DNA from: Candidatus Thorarchaeota archaeon
GTDB taxonomy: Archaea; Asgardarchaeota; Thorarchaeia; Thorarchaeales; Thorarchaeaceae
Assembly (NCBI GenBank): GCA_048884965.1
Contig: JBHLQH010000013.1
Span: 27,429 to 91,428 of the forward strand
Length of the DNA stretch: 64,000 bases
Direction: 5' to 3'
Of the stretch, positions 27,674-38,456 are shown piece by piece (within the stretch, counting starts at the first letter, position 1; each line of letters begins with the position of its first letter). The notes under the pieces were generated by a model that ran no database searches, had not been told where the DNA came from, and saw nothing but the letters and a program-made list of their open reading frames with translations. Position numbers and translations under genes: made by a program.

Positions 27674-28642
27674 ATGGAACCAATAACACACCCACCGAAC
27701 AGCAATGATAGCAATTGGAACGAGAGCTACTACTTCATCTTCTATGACAAGAAAGAGAAGATAGGCGGAATGAGTCGAATAGGATTCAAGCCGAACAAAC
27801 CTGAGGGAATGACATTCTTCTTTCTATTCCTTCCTAATGGCGATGTTGCTGCATATCACCAAACAGACGAGGGATCAGCCTATCCTGAAGCTTTGAGGGT
27901 CATGGGGATGAGCCACTCTCCACAATCTGATGACACATGGAAATACAAACTTGAAGGCTCTCTTGTTGTTGTAGAGAATTCCGAGCACTTACCTCTGGCA
28001 AGAAAGGAACCTCAATACATCAAGGACCTCGTTGAAGCATCAATAGATCTTAACCTCCGCCCAATCCATAAAGAGTATGAATATTCAGAGCACATGACGC
28101 CCGAAAGTCTTGAACTCGGTAAGAAATCAGGAGACAAGCATTGGGAACAAATCGGTAAAGTGTCTGGGACTATAAGAATCGAGGATAGGGTAATCGAGAT
28201 ATCAGAATGCATGGGTCAGAGAGACCATACCCATGGGATTCGTGATTGGACTGGCATCGGGAACTGGTTCTACTTCGTAGTTTGGTTCAACGATAATCTG
28301 TGTATCAATCCTGCAGCAATTGTGATGGAAGATGGTCGCTTAGGAACTGGAGGATTCCTCTTCAAGGATGGAGAGAATATTCCCTTAGTAGATATCAAAC
28401 TCAAGAGTCATGATTTTGGAGAGAACGGAGTCTTTCCAACACAGACTACTCTCGAAATAACTGATGCTAGAAGAAACACCCATACTCTGATTGGCAAACC
28501 GGGAGATATCATTCCTGTGCCATTCATAGATGCAGATGGGAACGAATCAATTCTCGTACAATCATTTGGTGAATACCAACTTGATGATATGGATGGTGGA
28601 TATGGGTCATACGAGGTTCTAAGAAGGATGGAGAAGAATTAA
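27674..28642 (+). CDS. Uncharacterised beta-rich protein (tocopherol-cyclase/lipocalin-like)
   Basis: WNESYYF, HWEQ.G.V.G.I and GQRDHTHGIRDW motifs; starts 6 nt after the dikinase stop. Confidence 0.65.
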   Translation: MEPITHPPNSNDSNWNESYYFIFYDKKEKIGGMSRIGFKPNKPEGMTFFFLFLPNGDVAAYHQTDEGSAYPEALRVMGMSHSPQSDDTWKYKLEGSLVVVENSEHLPLARKEPQYIKDLVEASIDLNLRPIHKEYEYSEHMTPESLELGKKSGDKHWEQIGKVSGTIRIEDRVIEISECMGQRDHTHGIRDWTGIGNWFYFVVWFNDNLCINPAAIVMEDGRLGTGGFLFKDGENIPLVDIKLKSHDFGENGVFPTQTTLEITDARRNTHTLIGKPGDIIPVPFIDADGNESILVQSFGEYQLDDMDGGYGSYEVLRRMEKN

Positions 28643-28695
28643 GAAGAGGTACATTTGCAGACTAAGATGCGTCTACCCTTCTTGGAGGATATACT

Positions 28696-29343
28696 GTGTT
28701 CGAAATAATTCAGGAACCTGACTACGGATCTATTTCTCGTGTGATGATACACGTCGTCGTTCATGGGGAGCCAGATAAAAAGGAGAAGGATGGCCTTTCA
28801 GAGAGAGGCAGGAATCAGGTATTCGAACTGGCAAGGTCAAGACTATTAGCAGGCCCCTCAAAGCTGTACTCAGCTGATACCAAGGAGTGCAAATCTTCTG
28901 CTGAAACCTTGGCAAAAGAATTGAATTCCTCCGTAGCCAAATTGGATTGTCTATCGGACATTGACCTTGGAACGAAGGAACTTGATGAAGCATATCTGCA
29001 AAACGAAATGCCAAAACTCTGGAATGACATCAACTACGAGCCCAAATTGGGAGAGAGCCTGCGAGATGCCCAGAGTAGAATCGCAACATGCGTGGATAGA
29101 CTAACAAAAATGCATCCAGAAGCCACTATCGGCATCGTTCTCTCTCCTATTACGTCAATACTCTTTCACAAACTTGTTGTGGGCGGTGAACCTCAGATCG
29201 AGGATTGGCTTCACTTGGAATTTGCATCTTGCGCGACATATGAGTACTCAAAGAATGGATGGTCTCTTATTATGCCTCCAGAAAGCAGTTTTTTGAGCGA
29301 TCCCTCAAGAGTTCTTGATACACTTCCATCAGGTGTATTCTAA
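28696..29343 (+). CDS. Histidine-phosphatase (PGM) fold protein with degenerate active site
   Basis: VVHGE (RHG arginine lost), LSERGRNQ and GESL present; the usual VxHG replaced by VLSP. Confidence 0.7.
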   Translation: MFEIIQEPDYGSISRVMIHVVVHGEPDKKEKDGLSERGRNQVFELARSRLLAGPSKLYSADTKECKSSAETLAKELNSSVAKLDCLSDIDLGTKELDEAYLQNEMPKLWNDINYEPKLGESLRDAQSRIATCVDRLTKMHPEATIGIVLSPITSILFHKLVVGGEPQIEDWLHLEFASCATYEYSKNGWSLIMPPESSFLSDPSRVLDTLPSGVF

Positions 29344-29354
29344 TAAAAAGAGAG

Positions 29355-29373
29355 AGGGAGGGAAACCCTCCCT
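29355..29373 (-). terminator. Perfect 8-bp hairpin terminator between convergent genes
   Basis: AGGGAGGG-AAA-CCCTCCCT; minus-strand CTCTCTTTTTATT follows. Confidence 0.6.
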
Positions 29374-29382
29374 AGATGTATT

Positions 29383-32300
29383 CTATCTACGTCGACGTAC
29401 TAGGACACAAGCGATGACTACGACAATCACAATACCAGCAACCATCACAACATCCGAAAATGAACCTCCATTTGTTGGGGGTGTAGGAGTTGTACCGGTC
29501 GTTGGCAAGGTCGAAGTTGACGTGGTCGTAGTAGTTGTCACACTAGGAGTCTGGTGAGCGCTTGTATATGATACAAAGACAGGATCCACGCGAATCTCCT
29601 GACCACCCCAATGTGTATAGCCAGCGGTCATGAAGAGCATGGAAGCATCAACGTTCCACTGTGTGATGCTTTGGCCACTGTCTGATTGATACATGGCACT
29701 GAAAGCACCAATGGGAGCTGTTGATGACCCAGAGATGTACTCAACTGAGAATGCTGGATTATCACCTGCCCAAGTATATGGCAAACCACCCATGCTCACG
29801 TTTGCATATGGACTATCTTGGGAACCAAATAAGTAGTAATTGGCTCCAGTACTATCACCATTTGTATCAGTGATGGGCTCAGAACCAGCTTGATACTGGG
29901 TATGTGTCACAGTTCCTAGCACTGCAAAGTAGTTCACCGCAAGACTTCGTTCCGCTAGTGCGTCATCATTGAAATCAACAAGATCCCAATCACCAATGAC
30001 TTGATCGACCTTGAACGATGTCGCATGGTTCCATGTCGTTGGATCAGACTCATCGTACTCGACCATATCAACTATGAATGAAACATCAAAGGACATTTCC
30101 TCGATCGTCGCGTGAGTGATTCTATAGTCGAAATCAGTAGAGTTCAATCCGATGGCGCCTTCATAGGATTGCCTGAATTGCCAAGGTCCACGTATACCTT
30201 CACCATTCTGGATACGGAGAGGATAGATGGTTACATTGACATCATAGATCGATACTCCATAGCTGATGTCAGTTTCTGGACTGACATACACCAAACCAGA
30301 TCCGTTGGTTGCTCCAAATGGTTGCCGTACTTCAACAGATCCTATGGAGTCAATCAATACAACATGCGATACCTCCTCCGTTACGACACCACCTTCCTCT
30401 ATCGAGAAATCAGGAGCATCGGGTGATGCACCCATTGGATCATCATCGAAGATGAGCATACCTGCATATTCAGTCCTGAAGGTTGCTATGGTTCGCGAGC
30501 TCTCACTAATGGCAACATTGAATGCCTGTTGTGAACCCCACGAGAACCATGTATTCTTCCATACGCCTGTTTCCAAACCAGGAATCTGAGTCATATCATA
30601 GGTCCAGTTTCTGGAAAGCCAAGCTACATAGGAATACTCTGGAGCAGGAATATCATTACCCTCATCGGCCCAAAGTTGATCCTTAATATCAACCATCTCA
30701 GAAGAGGATACAGGAGAGAAGTCATTGGCATGGAACCAGTAGAATGTTTCATTCGCACTGAACTCCATGGTGAGTGATACTGCACCCATCCAATTGACCG
30801 CATGAAACTCATCTCCATTGTTTCCAGGACTTGGATCGAATATCAGGTTAACTCGCATTCCCTCTGCAGTGATGTTGCCATAATCCTCCCAGTAGCCTGT
30901 TCGCTTCACAAAGTACTGGTCTTCGGTAGTGTATGTGTTGCCATCAAGATCGATGGCACCATCATCGGTTACAGCCCAAACCTGAGGTACATAGAATTCT
31001 ACATCGCCAAGTCTGAAGTGCACTGGACTCCAAATGATATCGTTGGTAACGTCGTAGGGATGGTATTGATCAATCCATTCCGGAACTGTATCATACCCAA
31101 TCCACCATGGGAAACCATAGGTGTTATTGGCAGGATCCCATATCCTCAGATTCTCTAGTAGGCCTACTGTCATCTTGGCTTTGTCAAAGATCATATCAGG
31201 TGCCTGCGCATCGAAGGTGATGTTCAAGTAGAGTTTGCTTAGATTGGGACCCATAGTTATGTTCCAATCATTCACCGTTACCCATTGGTCGATGACGATT
31301 TGAAGTGGTCCTACTTGCACGCCAGTTTCCTTCAAGTGAGTTCGTTTGACCATTACGGACCAGACCCGAGCTTCATTTTCTTCGAAGTCTAGCGTGACAT
31401 TGTACGAAGCTGCATATACCCAGTAGTGCGTATCGTTCTCACCAGAGCCATCACCAGATAGTTGAATGGATATGTTAACCAGCTGTTCAGTTAGTTCCCA
31501 CCAATTATTTTCATGATAGAACTCTTCGGTTCCATTGAACGATTCCAACGGTTTGTGTATCAGCATAGTGATGTTGAGGCTCTCACCTTGATCGCCTTTA
31601 TCCGCTATGTTTCCTTCGGCATCAAAGACGAATGATTCAATGAAATCAGCTCGATAAGCTAAACGCATTGTTTGCAATCGAGTTATTTCTGGACGAGGTA
31701 CTAGCTGATTACCCTCTGCATCCTCAACTTGAGTGAACCAGAGAATATCAGTAGGATCGATGACATCACCATTACTAAAGGGCGAAGCATCCATATCGGT
31801 AATGTTAGTGAAGTATCCTCCCCACATTACGCCATTCCCTCCGTCGAACTCTCCTGTATAGGTCGCATTCATTACATAGAACTCTTCTAGGTCGATTGTC
31901 GTATTCCGTATCATCGTGAACTTCGGAAGCCACTGACCTATACCAGGAGCTATCTCGGTCCACAGGAACTCAATGTGTGGATACCCTGCCAGAGCATAGG
32001 TCCCTGTTTCATTGTGCTTGAAATAGACCATTGGTCCAAGTTTCATAGATTGGTTCTCTAATGGAGGATTCTCAAGATACATGTTCGCACTTGGGAATCC
32101 AACAGGTTGAGTGAAATTCACCCACTGCTGATAGCTCGTATTCCATGTCAATACTGCAAATGGTACAACCACATCGCCTAATTCATGAGCTGCTCTTATC
32201 CGAACAATGAAGGTATCGTTGTAGGATGCATAATGAAGGAGTTGCCCATTCGGAGATACTATGTCGCCATAGAAATACTGCGGAAGCGAGAAATCTCGTG

Positions 32301-32979
32301 GATTCACTGGTAAACCAAGGGCGATTGGAGGTGTGACAAAAGCCCCACTCTGCAATCGAGAGAGCCATGATGGCGAAACTGGACGTCCAAGCGTGTCGAT
32401 TGCTTGCATTCCTGTCCAGAATACTCCATTAATTATTTCCTCAGTGAAGGTCACTGCAAAAACGGCGCTGTAGTCGTCTGCTGTTTCCACATAGGTATTG
32501 TTCTCCAAGTCAGCTGATAAGAAGTTTGAGAACGAAGGCACTTCTGCTCCAGGGGCATAGTGCAATGTGACTGGAGTCGCCCAGTCATCACCTGTTGCAT
32601 TGTATTGAAGCAAGAATATCGCCCTTCCAGTTCCTGTTGCCTGTCCCCAGAATCTTATGATCTCGAGTTCAACACCTTCTCCAAGAAATGGCTTGGGAAT
32701 TGTTATGTTGATGAAAAGCTTGTCACCTACATCAACAGAATAGAAATTGTCTGCAATGTCGGTTCCATTCTCAGCATACGATATCACTATCGTAGGTTGT
32801 GGACCGAACATCCACTCAGAGCTCTGTTCACTGTGGCTTAGTTCCTGGAATGAATCAACAACTTCCCAACCAACTAGTACAACGGGATCGGGAGCAGTTT
32901 GAGCTGAAACAAAAGCAGCTGAGGAAGCTAAGCCAACAAGAAGCAGAGCGACAATAAGTATGCTATACGTCTTATTCAT
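29383..32979 (-). CDS. Large cell-surface (S-layer-like) glycoprotein
   Basis: Signal peptide, acidic composition, many N-x-S/T sequons, Thr-rich linker, C-terminal TM followed by RRRR. Confidence 0.8.
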   Translation of the reverse strand: MNKTYSILIVALLLVGLASSAAFVSAQTAPDPVVLVGWEVVDSFQELSHSEQSSEWMFGPQPTIVISYAENGTDIADNFYSVDVGDKLFINITIPKPFLGEGVELEIIRFWGQATGTGRAIFLLQYNATGDDWATPVTLHYAPGAEVPSFSNFLSADLENNTYVETADDYSAVFAVTFTEEIINGVFWTGMQAIDTLGRPVSPSWLSRLQSGAFVTPPIALGLPVNPRDFSLPQYFYGDIVSPNGQLLHYASYNDTFIVRIRAAHELGDVVVPFAVLTWNTSYQQWVNFTQPVGFPSANMYLENPPLENQSMKLGPMVYFKHNETGTYALAGYPHIEFLWTEIAPGIGQWLPKFTMIRNTTIDLEEFYVMNATYTGEFDGGNGVMWGGYFTNITDMDASPFSNGDVIDPTDILWFTQVEDAEGNQLVPRPEITRLQTMRLAYRADFIESFVFDAEGNIADKGDQGESLNITMLIHKPLESFNGTEEFYHENNWWELTEQLVNISIQLSGDGSGENDTHYWVYAASYNVTLDFEENEARVWSVMVKRTHLKETGVQVGPLQIVIDQWVTVNDWNITMGPNLSKLYLNITFDAQAPDMIFDKAKMTVGLLENLRIWDPANNTYGFPWWIGYDTVPEWIDQYHPYDVTNDIIWSPVHFRLGDVEFYVPQVWAVTDDGAIDLDGNTYTTEDQYFVKRTGYWEDYGNITAEGMRVNLIFDPSPGNNGDEFHAVNWMGAVSLTMEFSANETFYWFHANDFSPVSSSEMVDIKDQLWADEGNDIPAPEYSYVAWLSRNWTYDMTQIPGLETGVWKNTWFSWGSQQAFNVAISESSRTIATFRTEYAGMLIFDDDPMGASPDAPDFSIEEGGVVTEEVSHVVLIDSIGSVEVRQPFGATNGSGLVYVSPETDISYGVSIYDVNVTIYPLRIQNGEGIRGPWQFRQSYEGAIGLNSTDFDYRITHATIEEMSFDVSFIVDMVEYDESDPTTWNHATSFKVDQVIGDWDLVDFNDDALAERSLAVNYFAVLGTVTHTQYQAGSEPITDTNGDSTGANYYLFGSQDSPYANVSMGGLPYTWAGDNPAFSVEYISGSSTAPIGAFSAMYQSDSGQSITQWNVDASMLFMTAGYTHWGGQEIRVDPVFVSYTSAHQTPSVTTTTTTSTSTLPTTGTTPTPPTNGGSFSDVVMVAGIVIVVVIACVLVRRRR

Positions 32980-32980
32980 T

Positions 32981-33104
32981 TCAATATCTCCTCATTGATA
33001 TTGATGACTGCAAACATGCCAAGATATTGAACTCAACGTAGTGTGTGGTTTCTTTATTGTGATTAATATCAGGCGCGGAATCAAGTGCAGGTCCAATCAA
33101 TATC
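32981..33104. repeat. Five GATATTGA-type octamers in both orientations upstream of the surface protein gene
   Basis: Copies at 32981-88 (rc), 32997-33004, 33023-30, 33063-70 (rc, 1 mismatch) and 33097-33104 (rc). Confidence 0.55.
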
Positions 33105-33231
33105 ATTTCACGTTTCATCAAAGGATACGTCCTATAATCCTCTGATAGAAGAAACCATTTGACTGCAGGTACTAGTGCGAAGGTTTGCTATTAAAGCGCG
33201 ATGTATGAATCGTCTAGAAAAACCATCCACA

Positions 33232-34200
33232 CTATTTTTGGGCATAATAGGTTGATTCTCGCTTTACTAACTGAGCAACTCCCCTCGTTTCAAGTACCCT
33301 TACAAGATCCTGGGTTTCAGCAAGTGCCAAGATCAATTGACTGTCATCGTATTCCCCATAGAGGTATCTAGATAGCTTATAGATCGAAATGGGAGTAGAG
33401 GTGATATGCTGAGAAGCTCGCTCGAGTTTCTCGTCATAGTCCGAAAGTAGCGCTTCAATTCTAGCTGACAAATCGTGAATGAGAGACCGATGACCGGGTA
33501 GAACCAGATAGTCAGAATATCTCCTAATCTTTTCTAGAGACTCAAAGTACCTCAGGATGGATATCCCTAAGATACCATCGAAATCCAGGGAGGGATTTGA
33601 CGAGATATCACCTAGAACATGGTCTCCTGAGAATAGAACATGTTGTGACTTTAAGGCATAGCATAAAGACCCCAATGAATGGCCTGGAACCCAGACAGTG
33701 GTTAGGTCACCGAGTCCAGACTTGATGAGGTCTCCATCAGTTGCATGAAGAACTTCTGGAACAGACTCGCCAAACTTCAAGAAATACGCAGCAAGAGCGT
33801 TGTGCGAATCAAGAATCCCACTCTCAACAGATGCCCCTGACTCAAATGCGATTCTGTGATAGGCATGCATTCTATCATCAATATATTCCTCGTATGCTGT
33901 GATTCGTGAGGAATCCATTTCATGGATCCATACCTTCACGTCGTGCTTGCTTCGATCTATAATCGTCTTTACAAGTCCAATATGATCAACATGTCCGTGA
34001 GTCAGACATACTTGCTCTATATCTTCAATCTCATATCCAGTATCTGAGAGACCCGATTCAAACTTCGCCAGTGCAAGTGATGATTTTACTCCAGTGTCTA
34101 CCAGTGTAACAGGACTACCTTCAATCAGATAGCAGTTCACAGGACCTACTGGAAATGGAGTAGGTACTTCAATGAGATGAATGCCTTCAGAAACCTGCAA
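33232..34200 (-). CDS. MBL-fold metallo-hydrolase with wHTH-like tail
   Basis: PTPFPVGPVNCY, VDTG, THGHVDHIG, PGHS, SGDH and LPGH motifs. Confidence 0.88.
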   Translation of the reverse strand: MQVSEGIHLIEVPTPFPVGPVNCYLIEGSPVTLVDTGVKSSLALAKFESGLSDTGYEIEDIEQVCLTHGHVDHIGLVKTIIDRSKHDVKVWIHEMDSSRITAYEEYIDDRMHAYHRIAFESGASVESGILDSHNALAAYFLKFGESVPEVLHATDGDLIKSGLGDLTTVWVPGHSLGSLCYALKSQHVLFSGDHVLGDISSNPSLDFDGILGISILRYFESLEKIRRYSDYLVLPGHRSLIHDLSARIEALLSDYDEKLERASQHITSTPISIYKLSRYLYGEYDDSQLILALAETQDLVRVLETRGVAQLVKRESTYYAQK

Positions 34201-34204
34201 TGTG

Positions 34205-36220
34205 TTAGAGCTCCTGGAAATACACTCTCAATAATTCTGCTACATTTCTAGCCCTCGAAACTACTCCTCTGTCACGATGAGGCTTGGAGCCATCGAACAT
34301 ATCAGAGATTGTTCCAAGACATCCACTTCTAATGGTATCGAGAACTGGTCGGAAGAACTCTTTCTCGGCATAGGCCTTATTCTCAGCAGTTCGGCCGTTC
34401 ACAGCGAGATAGGCTGAGATGTATGGACCAATCAACCATGGATGAACGGTCCCTTGATGTGTGGCTCCTGCTCTACTTCGAGGTCCTCCAGTCAATGCAC
34501 GGGCATACCTCTTATCCTTGGGCGACAAAGTGCGTAGACCGTAGGGAGTAAACAGCTCATCTTCAACTACTTTGAGCACTGACTTCTCCATCTCCGGTTC
34601 AAGTATCCTATATGGTAGACACAATGCAAAAATCTGGTTCGGACGAATTGAGTCATCCTTCTCTTCGTCGGATATCAGATCATAGAGATACCCTAGCTCT
34701 TCATCCCAGAAAGATTGAATGAAAGCTTCTCTAATCCAGGATGCCACAGCTTTGTATTCATAGGGATCACGCCCCATCATTTGAGACATATCTCCCATTG
34801 CCATTAAGGCATTGTACCATAGCGCGTTGACTTCAACGCACTTCCCAATCCTCGGAGTAGCACACCAATTGCCAATCCGTTCATTCATCCACGATACCTC
34901 AACACCCTCAATACCTGAGCAGATCAATCCGTCGTGATCCTCATGGATGTTGAACTTCGTCCCAATTCTATATGCAGTAATAATAGACTCCATGGTTTCC
35001 CAAATGATACCTCGCAGGAATTCCACATCGTTAGTTGCCTCAAGATACTTCTTCACTGCAATGATAAACCAAAGAGAAGCGTCTACTGAATCGTACTCTG
35101 GTTGAATACCTCTATCAGGAAAGTCATTTGCAATCAGTCCATATCGTGAATACCTAGCGTAAGTAGTGAGGATTTCTCGAGCATCCTGAAATCTACCTAT
35201 AGCTACGCTCAGACCTGTATGAGCTATAAGAGCATCTAGTCCAATATCAACTAGTTCGTGAAATCCCGCCAGAATGGATTTTCTTCGTGTGGAAGCCCTA
35301 TCTACTATGAATGTGTCAGCATTATAGACAAGCCACTCAATGTCCTCATCGCGAGCTCTATCAGTAAGAGCATAAGCCCGATCATTGAGAATCTTCCTTC
35401 TGCGTAACTCATCAAATCGCAGCTGAGCGAAATCCTTCCTCTCAGCTTTGGCTAGTTCTCCAAGCTCAGTCATCAGAGTCTTCTGAGTTTGTCCTACTGC
35501 AAACAAGAAACTCAGAAAATGCTCTCCGGGTTCAAGTATAGTATGAAAGACTCCGGGGATATAGAGTTCTTCTTGATGAGGCAATCCCTTTGCTTTGTCC
35601 TTGCGGTAGATTTGCGGTTCAGAAATCTTGAGTTTTGTCTGCATGAACTCCGCATCAGGGGTATAGGCATACATCCAGGGGCTGATATCTCGGTCATCAT
35701 ATGAAAAATAAGAATGATCATCGATTATCTCTATGGCCGGAGTGAAATCCAACTTTGACCGCAAGCTGTTGATTGGACGACAAGTCTGAAACGGTGTCAC
35801 CGTTAGGACAGTTTCTTCTGAGTTCTGAAACTCGTAATTAACGACAGTCAGATTTCTTCTATGGGCCATAAAGACGGTCTTGTGCATTGTAAGGCAATCA
35901 GTTGAGTAAGTCATCTGAGGCAATGGATTAAGAACGAATCGTGTCAGACTCCTATAACCTCGTTGTGATACACCCTCAGAAGTGTGCTCTGTTCCAAGAT
36001 TACAGGGCTCATCCCCTGTAGCTACTACTTCGTCAAGACGTGAAAGAGTTAGCCAGCGATCAACAGGAGGATTCAGAGATGACACTAAGAGCCCATGATG
36101 GCTTCGAGTATTCATCCCTACAATCGTTGATGAGGCATACCCCCCAAGGCCATTCGCATAGAGATATTCGAATGTGACAGCTCGGTTCAGCCTCAGATCT
36201 GCTTCCTCTAGTATTATCAC
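34205..36220 (-). CDS. Archaeal-type glycogen debranching enzyme (amylo-alpha-1,6-glucosidase) homologue with altered catalytic motifs
   Basis: NGLGGYASST, HGLLV, DASLWF, GKCVEVNALWYNAL, IRPNQIFA, TPYGLRTLSP and HQGTVHPWL motifs. Confidence 0.88.
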   Translation of the reverse strand: MIILEEADLRLNRAVTFEYLYANGLGGYASSTIVGMNTRSHHGLLVSSLNPPVDRWLTLSRLDEVVATGDEPCNLGTEHTSEGVSQRGYRSLTRFVLNPLPQMTYSTDCLTMHKTVFMAHRRNLTVVNYEFQNSEETVLTVTPFQTCRPINSLRSKLDFTPAIEIIDDHSYFSYDDRDISPWMYAYTPDAEFMQTKLKISEPQIYRKDKAKGLPHQEELYIPGVFHTILEPGEHFLSFLFAVGQTQKTLMTELGELAKAERKDFAQLRFDELRRRKILNDRAYALTDRARDEDIEWLVYNADTFIVDRASTRRKSILAGFHELVDIGLDALIAHTGLSVAIGRFQDAREILTTYARYSRYGLIANDFPDRGIQPEYDSVDASLWFIIAVKKYLEATNDVEFLRGIIWETMESIITAYRIGTKFNIHEDHDGLICSGIEGVEVSWMNERIGNWCATPRIGKCVEVNALWYNALMAMGDMSQMMGRDPYEYKAVASWIREAFIQSFWDEELGYLYDLISDEEKDDSIRPNQIFALCLPYRILEPEMEKSVLKVVEDELFTPYGLRTLSPKDKRYARALTGGPRSRAGATHQGTVHPWLIGPYISAYLAVNGRTAENKAYAEKEFFRPVLDTIRSGCLGTISDMFDGSKPHRDRGVVSRARNVAELLRVYFQEL

Positions 36221-36368
36221 AGCTGGAATCTCACATTCTTTCTCTGCTCACTACACTACAACCAGACTTTAAGCATTGCGTGCGCTATGGATGAATGTGG
36301 CACAGACAGTCAGTATCTTAAGGAGCTCATTTCCTCGTCCATTATTCCAATCAAATTGGTGATACAAG

Positions 36369-37625
36369 ATGGTAACTCCAGATCATACAGTAATAAAGCC
36401 CCCTGCCAGAAGGATAGGAGGACTTACTGGAAATCTCTGGAGACTCGCTCTTGTAATCGGTGTCGCACAATTCTCTATGAGTGTGTGGACATGGCAATTC
36501 GGCATTTACATTGAAACACTCATCGAGCCTTGGCAGATGGGTCTAACTTTCACTGCTAGCTCTATTGCAGGTCTTATCGGGGTTCCCCTTTCAGGATATG
36601 TATCAGACTTTATTGGAAGAAGAAAGACTCTGCTTTCTGCATATATCCCGATGGCAATTGGACTGTTCTTTCTTTTCTCATTTCCAATCTGGCCGCTTCT
36701 CCCACTATTCTATGGTCTAGTGCAATTTGGTTGGAGCTTTGTTGTCATTATGGCAAGGGCGGCACCAGCAGATCAGATTTCAGAAGATAATGGAAAGGAT
36801 GCTGGAAGGACGTTCACGATGGTATTGCTTCCTGCATTCGCTATTGACGGACTCAGTCCTCTCCTCGCATCAGCCCTTTTAATTTCGGGTCTTCCTCAAA
36901 GAAATCTCTTGATACTGGGAGGATTTGGTACAATCATCGCATTCATAGTCAGTGCCATATTTGTCCGAGAAACCCTCAGTAGTTCTATACGGGAGAAAGC
37001 TCGATCCGGACCCATTATCTCTCTTAGAGGATTGGGAAAGGATTTCTGGATTTTGGCGGCCGGTGTAATCGGCCTATACATGTCCTTCGGACTGGCCTTC
37101 CCCTATCTTGGCAACCTAGTAGTAGAGGAATGGTATGTCAGCACTTCAGATTGGGGAATCATCTGGTGCATTTCTTCTTTAACCATTGCTGCGCTTTCCT
37201 ATTTCGGAGGTAAGCTGGCAGACAGGAAATTGAAGGTATCAATGTTCTTTTCAGTGGCTTCTATTGGACTCATTATCTTAGGACATGCCCTTCTAGAGGG
37301 AATTCTCATCCTTTTGCTAATCAATGTGATTTGGGGAGCTGTTGTAGTGTTTTGGATAGCGTCCGAACGAGCACTCATAGTGCAAGGAGTGAGCGAGGAA
37401 AAGAAGGGGAGAGCGCTGAGCACTTTTCAAGCGATCATGAGCACAGCACAGATGGTCATGATGAATATTGGAGCAGCGATATGGACAATCTCTGGGAGTC
37501 TTAGGTTCCTATTCACCATAGCAGCTTTAGTTGCGCTTGCAAGTCTCATCCCATTGGTTATCGCAATGAAGTACATCACACTAGATAAGAATGAAAATGA
37601 AACTTCAGCAATTCATGACTCATGA
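36369..37625 (+). CDS. MFS transporter
   Basis: About 12 hydrophobic segments; motif A ([10 protein letters not shown]; GKLADRK). Confidence 0.88.
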   Translation: MVTPDHTVIKPPARRIGGLTGNLWRLALVIGVAQFSMSVWTWQFGIYIETLIEPWQMGLTFTASSIAGLIGVPLSGYVSDFIGRRKTLLSAYIPMAIGLFFLFSFPIWPLLPLFYGLVQFGWSFVVIMARAAPADQISEDNGKDAGRTFTMVLLPAFAIDGLSPLLASALLISGLPQRNLLILGGFGTIIAFIVSAIFVRETLSSSIREKARSGPIISLRGLGKDFWILAAGVIGLYMSFGLAFPYLGNLVVEEWYVSTSDWGIIWCISSLTIAALSYFGGKLADRKLKVSMFFSVASIGLIILGHALLEGILILLLINVIWGAVVVFWIASERALIVQGVSEEKKGRALSTFQAIMSTAQMVMMNIGAAIWTISGSLRFLFTIAALVALASLIPLVIAMKYITLDKNENETSAIHDS

Positions 37626-38326
37626 GAGTATGACATGACCTTGTCAACATCAGTGATTTCTGCCTTCTTGCCTAGTAGGTGACCAGTCTTCTCAGCTTTC
37701 GTTTCGAGATATGCCTTGTTGAACTCATTTGTTTGTATTATCAAAGGCACTCGTTCAGTGATAATGATTCCATGCTTTGATAGTTGCTTGACTTTATCTG
37801 GATTATTAGTCAGTAAACGAATCGATTTCACACCAAGTGTACGAAGGATATGAGCTGCGATACCGTAGTCGCGTTGGTCAGGCTGCCATCCTAGAAGTAG
37901 ATTCGCTTCAATAGTATCATATCCTTGGTCTTGCAATGCATATGCCTTGATCTTCTCAGTGAGGCCGATGTTACGTCCTTCTTGACGTAGATAGAGAAGA
38001 ATACCTTCACCTTCTTCCTGTATTCGCTTCAATGATTCGAGAAGTTGCTCCCTACAATCGCAACGTTTGCTTCCCATTACATCACCAGTCAGGCACTCGG
38101 AATGAGCTCGAACTAAGACATTCTCCTTGTTAATGATGTCACCTTTGATGATGGCAGTGTGCTCTTTTCCATCGCAAGGACTAACCAGTGCGCAAATCTG
38201 GAATTCTCCGAATTGACTAGGAAGATTGGCAACACCTACCAACTGTACGCAGCAATCATATGGATCGCACTGGTGATTCTTGCTATCTTCCAACAATTGA
38301 TCGATTTGTAATGAGGTCAATTTCAT
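37613..38326 (-). CDS. ribA: GTP cyclohydrolase II
   Basis: [39 protein letters not shown] and LLTNNPDK motifs; start taken at ATG 38326. Confidence 0.92.
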   Translation of the reverse strand: MKLTSLQIDQLLEDSKNHQCDPYDCCVQLVGVANLPSQFGEFQICALVSPCDGKEHTAIIKGDIINKENVLVRAHSECLTGDVMGSKRCDCREQLLESLKRIQEEGEGILLYLRQEGRNIGLTEKIKAYALQDQGYDTIEANLLLGWQPDQRDYGIAAHILRTLGVKSIRLLTNNPDKVKQLSKHGIIITERVPLIIQTNEFNKAYLETKAEKTGHLLGKKAEITDVDKVMSYSHES

Positions 38327-38456
38327 GCCATACACCGACTTCTTCTCTAAGGCATAGCTCCATGATATAGGTTTGGATTCTTGAAAAGCTTTAAGTGATA
38401 TTCCAAAAAGCATGCGTATTTAGAACTCCCATTCGATTTTATATAGAAGGCGCTTT

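Noticed and set aside
29460-29545. Low-complexity repeat-like DNA
   Set aside because: Encodes the Thr/Pro linker of the surface protein; not a CRISPR array or tandem repeat.
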